Assembly: GCA_041746255.1 (NCBI GenBank)
Contig: JBGTHM010000046.1
Location: forward strand, 1 to 27,436
Origin: Fibrobacteria bacterium
GTDB taxonomy: Bacteria > Fibrobacterota > Fibrobacteria > UBA11236
DNA length: 27,436 nucleotides
Direction: 5' to 3'
Part shown: positions 9,518 through 17,655 of the stretch, in pieces
Position numbering within the stretch: position 1 is the stretch's first letter
Layout: every line of letters starts with the position of its first letter
Position numbers and translations under genes: made by a program
Notes under the pieces: generated by a model
The model's input: only the letters and a program-made list of their open reading frames with translations
Told to the model about the DNA's origin: nothing
Database searches by the model: none

Positions 9518-10186
9518 ATGCGCATGCAGCCATCTACCCCTACCGCTTTACGTCGATCCGCCGGCCTCATCTTTCTGCTGTCACTGGGAGTGCTCGCCGC
9601 CGCCGTGCTTCCCGGGATCTACACCGGGGTCGGCCTGGATGCCTGGAGCTTGCTCCGCATCCTCCTGGGTATAGGCATCCTCCTCGCTTCTCTGTGGCTG
9701 TTCTCCATCGCCGGTAAAATCGGGAATGCGCAACCTGCTCCCACGGCGCCAGCGCAGGTAGCCCCGGCCGCACCACCCGCCGCCGCAGCTAAAAATCAAT
9801 CCGGCGCCGAAGCCGTCCTCTTCTTATCCCTGCTCCAGGAGAAAGGCCGTTTCGTCGACTTTCTCATGGAAGATGTCTCCGCCTACTCTAATGAACAGGT
9901 TGGCGCCGCCGCGCGCGTGGTCCATCAAGGGTGCCGGGAAGTGGTGAACGAAGCGTTCTCACCGGGCCCCGTTTCACCGGTACCGGAAAGTTCGGCCATA
10001 ACCCTTGAAGCGGGCTATGATGCTGGGGAGTTTCGCGTGGTCGGGAAAGTCGACGGCGCCTCTCCTCTCAACGGCAAGGTGGTGCATAAAGGCTGGCGCG
10101 CTAATCATATCAAATTGCCGCGTCGACAGGGTAACGGTGATGTCACTCCGAATCCGGTAATTGTTCCCGCCGAAATTACCGTCTAG
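9518..10186 (+). CDS. DUF2760 domain membrane protein
   Basis: Two N-terminal hydrophobic segments; Ala/Pro linker; DUF2760 core LSLLQEKGRFVDFLMED...VGAAARVVHQGC...GKVVHKGWRA...PAE; directly upstream of an Hsp70-like gene, the usual context for this family. Confidence 0.85.
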   Translation: MRMQPSTPTALRRSAGLIFLLSLGVLAAAVLPGIYTGVGLDAWSLLRILLGIGILLASLWLFSIAGKIGNAQPAPTAPAQVAPAAPPAAAAKNQSGAEAVLFLSLLQEKGRFVDFLMEDVSAYSNEQVGAAARVVHQGCREVVNEAFSPGPVSPVPESSAITLEAGYDAGEFRVVGKVDGASPLNGKVVHKGWRANHIKLPRRQGNGDVTPNPVIVPAEITV

Positions 10187-10195
10187 ATCGGGATC

Positions 10196-11989
10196 ATGGA
10201 AAAAACCCAGGTTTTAGGCATCGATCTCGGAACCAGCAATTGCGCCATGGCGCTGGCGGACAAAGGCCCCGCGCGCATGCTGGAAATCACCCAAGTGCTG
10301 GGACCCAACCGTGTCGGCGAGAAAAATACCTTCGCTTCCGCCCTGTATTTTCCCACCCCGGGGCAATTCCCTCCGCATAGCCTTCGACCTCCCTGGCTCG
10401 AAGTCGAGCCCACCCATGTCGCGGGAGATTTCGCCCGCGAAATCGGATCCCAGGTTCCTGACCGTTTGGTTACCTCGGCCAAGTCCTGGCTTTCCCATCG
10501 CCTGATTGACCCCACTCAACCCCTCTTGCCATGGGGTTCGACGCATAGCGACCGGAAGCTCTCGCCTTTCGAAGCCTCCCGCCTGTATTTGGAGCACCTC
10601 AAACAGGCCTATCTGTCTGAGCGCGCGAGGAACGGAGAAAACCCAGCCTGGGATAGCGTACAAACCGTATTGACGATACCGGCTTCCTTTGATGAAGTGG
10701 CGCGCAAAATCACTGCGCAGGCGGCCGAAGCGGCTGGTTTAGGCTCCCAGGTCGTTCTCCTGGAAGAACCGCAAGCCGCCTTCTATGCCTGGTTGGATAC
10801 CGTCGGTCCGGCCTGGCGCGAACAGGTAAGACCCGGAGACACGGTTTTAGTTTGTGATGTCGGTGGTGGTACCACTGATTTCAGCCTCATCTCCGTTTCC
10901 GAAAAAGGCGGTGATCTCGAATTGGAGCGGGTCAGCGTGGGACGCCACATACTTCTCGGCGGCGACAATATGGATTTGGCCCTGGCCTACACCCTGAGGG
11001 CACAGCTTGACGAGGCAGGCCATTCGCTCGATGACTGGCAATTCCAAGTCCTGGTTCATGCGGCTCGGAGCGCCAAGGAAAACCTTTTCGAAAACCCGGG
11101 AATGCCGGAAGTGCCAATCTCCGTGCCTTCACGCGGATCCGGACTCTTCGCGGGAACGGTGGCGACTACCCTGCCGCGGAACCTGTTGGAGACGGTAGTC
11201 ATCGACGGCTTTTTCGCGCTCACCCGCTTCGACGAAATGCCCGCTGAGCGATCCAGCGTGGGACTCACCGAATTGGGCTTGCCCTACGAAGCCGATGCCG
11301 TTATCAGCAAACACCTGGCTGCTTTTCTTCGCCGCACTCCTGCGGGCGCGAAACCCGGCGCGGCCGTGCTTCCCGATGCGGTGCTGTTCAATGGAGGCGT
11401 ATTCCGATCCGAGGCCCTGCGTGCCCGTGTCTTGGAGCTGTTGCGTGCCTGGAATCCGGAAAAACCAGCGCGCGAACTTGCGGGCGGAGATCCCGACCTG
11501 GCGGTGGCCAGAGGGGCGGCGGTTTACGGCCGAACCAAAATCAGCGGCAAAGGGCCACGAATCCGCGCCGGAGCTTCCCGCAGCTATTACATCGGCCTGG
11601 ATACGGCCATGCCGGCCATTCCCGGCTACCGTCCTCCCGTGAAGGCGCTGTGCGTTGTTCCGCAAGGCATGGAGGAAGGGAGCGAGGCGATTTTGCAAGA
11701 CAAGGAGTTCGGACTGATGACCGGTGTTCCGGTCACTTTCCGATTCTTCAGCTCAGCGGTACGCACCCGCGATGCCATCGGCACGGTGGTAGCCAATGCG
11801 GAAAAAGAGTTGGAGGAAACCTCCAAACTCGAAATGGAAGTACCGCAGGTAGAAGGCTTGGGAGATAGCGCCCTGGTACCCGTCCAGCTCCATGCCCGGC
11901 TCTCCGAATTGGGTACCTTGGAGTTGTGGTTACAGCGCGTGGAATCGGACCAACGTTGGGAATTGCATTTCAATGTGCGGACCGAATAA
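10196..11989 (+). CDS. Atypical Hsp70-family (DnaK-related) protein
   Basis: Hsp70 NBD motifs GIDLGTSN, TIPASF, LLEEPQAA, CDVGGGTTD, LLGGDNMD, VLFNGG, DLAVARGAA; ends at WELHFNVRTE with no recognisable DnaK lid. Confidence 0.9.
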   Translation: MEKTQVLGIDLGTSNCAMALADKGPARMLEITQVLGPNRVGEKNTFASALYFPTPGQFPPHSLRPPWLEVEPTHVAGDFAREIGSQVPDRLVTSAKSWLSHRLIDPTQPLLPWGSTHSDRKLSPFEASRLYLEHLKQAYLSERARNGENPAWDSVQTVLTIPASFDEVARKITAQAAEAAGLGSQVVLLEEPQAAFYAWLDTVGPAWREQVRPGDTVLVCDVGGGTTDFSLISVSEKGGDLELERVSVGRHILLGGDNMDLALAYTLRAQLDEAGHSLDDWQFQVLVHAARSAKENLFENPGMPEVPISVPSRGSGLFAGTVATTLPRNLLETVVIDGFFALTRFDEMPAERSSVGLTELGLPYEADAVISKHLAAFLRRTPAGAKPGAAVLPDAVLFNGGVFRSEALRARVLELLRAWNPEKPARELAGGDPDLAVARGAAVYGRTKISGKGPRIRAGASRSYYIGLDTAMPAIPGYRPPVKALCVVPQGMEEGSEAILQDKEFGLMTGVPVTFRFFSSAVRTRDAIGTVVANAEKELEETSKLEMEVPQVEGLGDSALVPVQLHARLSELGTLELWLQRVESDQRWELHFNVRTE

Positions 11990-12129
11990 AACCCAAGCCC
12001 GGCATAGTCCCTGGCGAAATGACCTCGCCTGGCGGGTCGATCGGAAAATCGAGGAATATTGTATAGATTTTTCGAAAGCCACATCTCTCAACCGGCTTTC
12101 CCGGTCTAATTTCAAGGAGGCGACATCCC

Positions 12130-12708
12130 ATGGGCTACAAACTTTTCCTAATCACCGTCATTTGCGTGGCTACAGCCAGCCTTTTTTCGGCCTCTTTGGA
12201 GGTACTTTTCAACATAAAAAACCAGCAGAGAAAGATGTTCAGGGTGAGACTGGTGGAAAAGGATACGGGCAAGGAAATCTTCTATGATAAAACGGATATT
12301 TATCCCGATGACGGAATTTTCTGGGTAGGCTTCGGAAATATTCTGGAAATAGGCAAAACCTACCATCTGGATTATTACATGGATGTAAATAAAAACGGCA
12401 AATACGATGGGCCTCCCACCGATCATGCCTGGCGCACGGAATTACCTGCCGTTACGGGAGATATAGATACCACCATCAGTCCCAACACCAATTTCACGGA
12501 TGTGAAATTTCCGCCCAATTCCTCCGTGGTGGGCCTGTGGCGCATGCCCCAGGCGGCTAGGGTTCCCAACGGGGAAAAAGGTTTGCTCGAGGTCTTCGAT
12601 GCGCGCGGCAGATCGATGGAGGCGGAAAAGCCGGGTGCAGCAGCAACGACTAAGGGTGGCTCCGGTTTCACGGTAATCCGGGAACGATCCCTTCCCACCT
12701 CCCCCTGA
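12130..12708 (+). CDS. Small secreted protein with a DxNxNG calcium-binding-like loop and a short C-terminal sorting-like tail
   Basis: Strong AAGGAGG SD; signal peptide; YMDVNKNGKYDGPPTDHAWR; tail EVFDARGR...SGFTVIR; visibly more AT-rich than the flanking genes. Confidence 0.75.
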   Translation: MGYKLFLITVICVATASLFSASLEVLFNIKNQQRKMFRVRLVEKDTGKEIFYDKTDIYPDDGIFWVGFGNILEIGKTYHLDYYMDVNKNGKYDGPPTDHAWRTELPAVTGDIDTTISPNTNFTDVKFPPNSSVVGLWRMPQAARVPNGEKGLLEVFDARGRSMEAEKPGAAATTKGGSGFTVIRERSLPTSP

Positions 12709-12715
12709 AGTCAAA

Positions 12716-15568
12716 CTGAAATCACCACGCTTCCAATATTCCATCGGCATCGATTTGGGAACCAGCAATTGCGCGCTGGCCTTCGTCGATTTGCGTCGGC
12801 CCGAAGCGGAATCGAAAATACTGGCGCTGGAACAGTGGCAAAGCGAGAGCCGAAGCATAACGCTCGATTTGCTTCCCTCTTTCGCATACTTTCCCCGCGA
12901 ACCTTTCCCTGAGGCTGGAAATAGCGCCGGTGACGCCGCCCCGGGCGGGGCTTCGGCCTTGCCGGACGGATCCAAACCTGTGGTCGGGTTGTATGCCCGG
13001 GATATTTCGGCCCAGGAGCCTGAGAGGGTTATCGCTTCCGCCAAGTCCTGGCTTATCCATGCGGGCGTGGATCGCAGGGCGCGCCTGCTCCCCTGGGCTT
13101 CGCGCGAAATCCCCGAGGCGCGCAAACTCTCCCCGGTGGCGGCCTGCGCGCTCTATCTGAATTACCTGAAGACCCTGTGGGATCGTGAAATGGCCGGTGG
13201 AGACGAACGCACCGCTTTTAACCGCCAACATATCGTCATCACGGTACCGGCATCCTTCGATCAAGCCGCCCAGCGGCTCACGCTTGAATCGGCGCGCATG
13301 GCGGGATTTCCCGCCGAGGTGCGGCTGTTGGAAGAGCCTCAGGCCGCGTTCCATGCCTGGCTGGAAAAGCATCCCGAGTCGCGCGCCTTGCGGACCGCCC
13401 TCGGCGCGGAAACCGGTGATGCCCTGGGAGGGGAGAAACGGGTTTTGGTTTGTGATATCGGAGGCGGAACCACGGATTTCAGCCTGTTTTCCATCGGATT
13501 CCACCGTGACGATTCCGCGCAGATTCGTCGCATCGCGGTAAGCGACCATATTTTACTGGGCGGCGACAATATCGATTTGGCCTTGGCCCGGCTTTTGGAA
13601 TCGCGTTCCGGCGTGGAGGGGGGGCATTTGGATCCCCGGGCCTGGCAAAGGCTGGTAGCCGAGTCGCGGCATTTGAAGGAGCGGGTATTGGACTCGCTTT
13701 CAAAGGACCGGGTCTTCGACTCAAATACGGAATACAAAATCGGTGTCAGCGAATCGGGAGGCAATCTTTTTACCCAAGCCCGTACCGCCGTCGTTACGGG
13801 TAAAGAAATCCTCGCCTTACTCGACGAGGGATTTTTTCCTTCCGTCGAGATGGGAGATAAACTGCAAGGCGCGGAAGCGGGGTTTCGTGAAATGGGGTTA
13901 CCCTATGCCCGCGATGCGGCGATAACCCGTCATCTGGCCGCTTTTCTCCGTGGGGCGGAGGGCGGCGCCGACGGAAAACCCCGGGTCGTAGACGCAGTGC
14001 TTTTTAACGGGGGCTCCCTGACTCCGCTCTACCTGCAAGCGAAATTACTCGCGCTTATCGCCTCGTGGCAGAAGGGGCAACGGCCGGTTGCCCTGGAGAA
14101 CCGGGAACTGGATTTGGCCGTGGCCCGCGGGGCGGCACGGTACGGTTCCCATGCAGCCCTGGGAATCAAACCCCGTATCCTGGGAGGTACTGCTCATGCC
14201 TATTACCTGGAAGTGGCCGCCCAGGAAAAGCGCGATGCCAAATACCTGCTGTGCATATTACCCCTGGGCACCGAAACCGACCATGTGCAACGCATCGAAA
14301 AACTGGAATTGCGTTTGACGCTGAACCGTCCGGTCGAGTTCCGCCTCTACCATTCCTCGCGCCGCCCCAAGGATCAAACCGGAAATATCGTGCGCTATCT
14401 TCCGGGGGAATTCAAGCAGTTGCCTTCCCTGCATACGGTGGCGCGCCTCGAGACGGACAAGGCGCGCGCCCTGGGTTCCGCCGACATTTCCGTAGGCCTA
14501 CAAGCCCTGCTCAATAACCTGGGACTGCTTCGCGTCTACCTGGTATCCGATGACAAACGCCTGCGCCCCGCCCAGCGGTGGGAATTGGAATTCGACATGC
14601 GTGCGCAGGGCAAGCAGGAGCATACCGACGAGTCGGCCGCCCCTTCCGAATCCGAAAGGGAACTCTCTCCCGAAGCTAAGGAAAAGGCATTTACCCGGCT
14701 CTCCCAACCCTATCCCATGGGCGGTTTGCGCGAGCTGGAGGAAATGCTGGGGAAAAAGCGTCAAGCCTGGCCTCGCTCCTGGTTAAGGTCGTTCTGGGAG
14801 CCGCATTATGGCTGGTTTACCCGCCGCGATATCAGTCCCGACTATGAGGCCTCATGGCTGAATGCAGCCGGGTTTTTACTCAGGCCGGGATATGGAGCCC
14901 CTTTTGACGATTACCGCATGGATCAACTCTGGCATGTACAGGCGGTGGGTCTGGCTTTCCCCCGCGCCAAGGCGGTACGGATGCAGTTTTGGTTACTCTG
15001 GCGCCGCGTCGCCGGGGGCCTCAATGCCGAAAGGCAAATCGCAATTTATTCCGAAGCCCGGCCGGTTTTGGCAGGTAATTCCAAGCAGGCGGACGAGGCG
15101 GTCGGCATGGCCTGCGCCTTTGAACGTCTGCCCATGGAATTGCGTTTGGAATTGTTGGATATGTTGCTGACGGGAATCGGCCACCGGACCGAAGGGCATT
15201 TGCTGCATTACCTCTGGGCACTGGGACGATTGCTAAGCCGAGTGTCCCTATATGCCGGCCAGGAGTCCGTGCTCCCGCCGTCGGCGGTGGAAAAGGCATT
15301 CGCCTATTTCCAGGATAGGGATTGGACGGAAAGTCGCCTGGGCTATCTGGGCACCGTCTTCGTCCAGGCTTGCCGCCTGACCAACCATAGGGCCCTCGAC
15401 ATCTCGCCGTCTCTCCGTGGGGCCGTGGTGGAAAAAATGCGGTCTTCCGGCGTCAATCCCCAGGTACTGCGGCCGGTAACGGAATTCATCCCGGTCGAGC
15501 AGGAAGACTTGCAAACCCTCTTCGGAGAGTCGCTCCCCTTGGGGCTGATTCTGCAACAATTTTCTTGA
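12716..15568 (+). CDS. Atypical Hsp70-family protein with C-terminal DUF3731-type extension
   Basis: Same NBD motifs as 10196..11989 plus about 300 aa of extension (WLNAAGFLLRPGYG...FWLLWRRVAGGL...FGESLPLGL). The track start TTG 12755 falls inside IGIDLGTSN; the frame is open back to TAA 12674, so CTG 12716 is proposed as start (uncertain). Confidence 0.85.
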   Translation: MKSPRFQYSIGIDLGTSNCALAFVDLRRPEAESKILALEQWQSESRSITLDLLPSFAYFPREPFPEAGNSAGDAAPGGASALPDGSKPVVGLYARDISAQEPERVIASAKSWLIHAGVDRRARLLPWASREIPEARKLSPVAACALYLNYLKTLWDREMAGGDERTAFNRQHIVITVPASFDQAAQRLTLESARMAGFPAEVRLLEEPQAAFHAWLEKHPESRALRTALGAETGDALGGEKRVLVCDIGGGTTDFSLFSIGFHRDDSAQIRRIAVSDHILLGGDNIDLALARLLESRSGVEGGHLDPRAWQRLVAESRHLKERVLDSLSKDRVFDSNTEYKIGVSESGGNLFTQARTAVVTGKEILALLDEGFFPSVEMGDKLQGAEAGFREMGLPYARDAAITRHLAAFLRGAEGGADGKPRVVDAVLFNGGSLTPLYLQAKLLALIASWQKGQRPVALENRELDLAVARGAARYGSHAALGIKPRILGGTAHAYYLEVAAQEKRDAKYLLCILPLGTETDHVQRIEKLELRLTLNRPVEFRLYHSSRRPKDQTGNIVRYLPGEFKQLPSLHTVARLETDKARALGSADISVGLQALLNNLGLLRVYLVSDDKRLRPAQRWELEFDMRAQGKQEHTDESAAPSESERELSPEAKEKAFTRLSQPYPMGGLRELEEMLGKKRQAWPRSWLRSFWEPHYGWFTRRDISPDYEASWLNAAGFLLRPGYGAPFDDYRMDQLWHVQAVGLAFPRAKAVRMQFWLLWRRVAGGLNAERQIAIYSEARPVLAGNSKQADEAVGMACAFERLPMELRLELLDMLLTGIGHRTEGHLLHYLWALGRLLSRVSLYAGQESVLPPSAVEKAFAYFQDRDWTESRLGYLGTVFVQACRLTNHRALDISPSLRGAVVEKMRSSGVNPQVLRPVTEFIPVEQEDLQTLFGESLPLGLILQQFS

Positions 15569-15781
15569 GCCGGATATGGAGGTTACCAAACGGCTGAATC
15601 GAATAAACGACCAAATAAACGTTTAAATGCCCCAAAAAGGCTTAAAATTTACTTTAGGGTACATATCCAACAGATTATTGGCTTTGTAATGGACAGATCT
15701 GAGTTAAATTAACGACTATATCCGGGTAAACTCATCCAATTTGAGTGCCTGCACTTGTTTTACTTCGCTTCGGGAGAGACC

Positions 15782-17551
15782 ATGGGCCACCAAAATTCAA
15801 GCAAAATATTCAGGGCATTCACCGGAACCTTACTGGTTTCCTTGAGCCTGGCGCTGGTCCCGGGAGCGGCCCCCGGCCTCGCTCAAACGCCTAAGAATGA
15901 TCCCCATCCCAGCTACACCTTCCACAATATGCGCCCGAACGATTTTGAACCCCTCGTCGGAGGCATCGATTGGCTTTCCGACGGCCGCATGGTCTTGGCC
16001 CATTGGGGAGTCGACATGAAAGTGGAAGGAAAAGTCTACATCCTCACCGGCATGGCTGGAACCGACCGTTCCCAGGTGAAGTGGACGGAGTTCGCCACCG
16101 GCCTCAAGGAGCCGCTGGGGCTCGTTGTTGTTAACGATATCATCCATGTCTTTTGCAAGGACGGCTTGTGGAAGCTCACCGATCCCAACAACAATGGAAA
16201 ATCCGAGGGGAATGAGAAAATAAAATTGGTTTCCGGGTGGAGTTATCCTGCCAAAGCGGGTGGCGGGGAACGGTGGCATTTGTTCAACTTCGGGCTGGTT
16301 CAAAAAGACGGGTTATTCTACGGCAATCTAGGCGGGGAATTTCCTCCCAGTACTACGCAGGGAAAGGACAGAGGCAGTTTGATTAGTATGGATGCCGAAA
16401 AGGGGACCTTCAAAGTGCTGACCGGCGGGCTTCGCACCCCGAACGGTCTTGTCATTGGGCCGGAAGGAGAATTCTTCGGTACGGATAACCAAGGACATTA
16501 TCAGTCGAGTAATAAGCTGAATAATTTCCGCGAGGGGCGCAATTACGGCATGCCCAACGACCCCGCGCATCCTTACGACGTGAAAAATGTTCCGACATCT
16601 CCGCCGGCCATATGGTTACAACAGGGCGAGATGTCGAATTCTCCGTCCGATCCGGTGTACATCACCGAAGGAACCTATGCCGGTCAAATGCTGGTAGGTG
16701 ATGTACGAAACGGTTATTTACTGAGAATGTCGCTGGAAAAAGTGGATAACGAGTGGCAAGGGGCCGCATATCTGTTCGGCGGAGGTTTCGAAGCGGGGAT
16801 TAATCGTATCAAATTCGGTCCCGATGGACATCTCTACGTAGGCCAAATCGGCGATAAAGCGCGTGTCAGCTGGAATTTCAAAAACAAGTTGCATGGATTC
16901 AGCAAAATGGTAAACAACGGGAAACTTACCCATGAAATCCTGGCGGTGCGTTCGCGTTCCGGCGGAATGGAAATCGAATTCACCAAACCTCTGGAGAATG
17001 CCGCATCCCAAATCGCGAAATATCAAGTCCGCTCCTGGGTGAACTTGCATGGTCAACAGACTTATGGCGCTGGAGCCAAACAGAACGTTAAGGACCACAC
17101 TGTTAAATCGGTAACGGTGTCGCCGGATAAGAAAAAAGTGATGTTGGCCATTGACGATTTGCAAAAGGGCAGGGTGATCTATATCAAGGCTGGTGTGAAT
17201 TCCTCTACCGGCGAAACTCCATGGGCATCAGAGGCATGGTACACCTTGAATTTCATCTCGAACACCGATGCCTTCACAACCTCAATCGTGGACAGCCGAT
17301 TGAAATCGCCGGAATTTCTGGCCAACAAGTTGAAATTGACTCGTCAGAACGGTCAATTACAAGTTCAAGTGCCCTTCGAACAGGCTTTTTCCGTAACCTT
17401 GCGTGATTTGCAGGGCAAGGAATTGGCGGTTAAACGCGGCGATGCCCCGACTCTGGTTCAGTTTTCGCTCGAAAATCGGGCGCGAGGCACCTACTTCGTA
17501 GAGACCCAAGTAGACGGGCAGCGGTTCGTACGCTCATTCGTCCTGCATTAA
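15782..17551 (+). CDS. Secreted beta-propeller oxidoreductase-like protein (sorbosone/glucose dehydrogenase-like) with T9SS type-A-like CTD
   Basis: ATG 15782 with GGGAG SD; signal peptide ending GLA-Q; motifs FATGLKEPLGL, GGLRTPNGL, TDNQG, YAGQMLVGD, GINRIKFGPDGHLYVG; C-terminus LRDLQGK...GTYFV...RSFVLH. Confidence 0.75.
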   Translation: MGHQNSSKIFRAFTGTLLVSLSLALVPGAAPGLAQTPKNDPHPSYTFHNMRPNDFEPLVGGIDWLSDGRMVLAHWGVDMKVEGKVYILTGMAGTDRSQVKWTEFATGLKEPLGLVVVNDIIHVFCKDGLWKLTDPNNNGKSEGNEKIKLVSGWSYPAKAGGGERWHLFNFGLVQKDGLFYGNLGGEFPPSTTQGKDRGSLISMDAEKGTFKVLTGGLRTPNGLVIGPEGEFFGTDNQGHYQSSNKLNNFREGRNYGMPNDPAHPYDVKNVPTSPPAIWLQQGEMSNSPSDPVYITEGTYAGQMLVGDVRNGYLLRMSLEKVDNEWQGAAYLFGGGFEAGINRIKFGPDGHLYVGQIGDKARVSWNFKNKLHGFSKMVNNGKLTHEILAVRSRSGGMEIEFTKPLENAASQIAKYQVRSWVNLHGQQTYGAGAKQNVKDHTVKSVTVSPDKKKVMLAIDDLQKGRVIYIKAGVNSSTGETPWASEAWYTLNFISNTDAFTTSIVDSRLKSPEFLANKLKLTRQNGQLQVQVPFEQAFSVTLRDLQGKELAVKRGDAPTLVQFSLENRARGTYFVETQVDGQRFVRSFVLH

Positions 17552-17573
17552 TCGGTTTTTCAACGAGAAAATT

Positions 17574-17601
17574 CCACGCCTGGAATCCCCGGGCGTGGTT
17601 T
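17574..17601 (+). terminator. Probable intrinsic terminator
   Basis: CCACGCCTGG-aatcc-CCGGGCGTGG followed by TTT, about 22 nt after the stop codon; the U-tract is short. Confidence 0.55.
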
Positions 17602-17655
17602 CCTATACTTCCATTCATTCCACCGCTTTAGCACGGGCATATCCCGTCAGGACGA

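Noticed and set aside
12442..13549. Long antisense ORFs (227 and 275 aa), and similar shadows at 3715..4434 and 8086..8784
   Set aside because: Shadow frames of well-supported genes, with no recognisable motifs.
10196..15568. Gene symbols dnaK, hscA or hscC for the Hsp70-like genes
   Set aside because: No canonical substrate-binding domain or lid, and no dnaJ or isc context.
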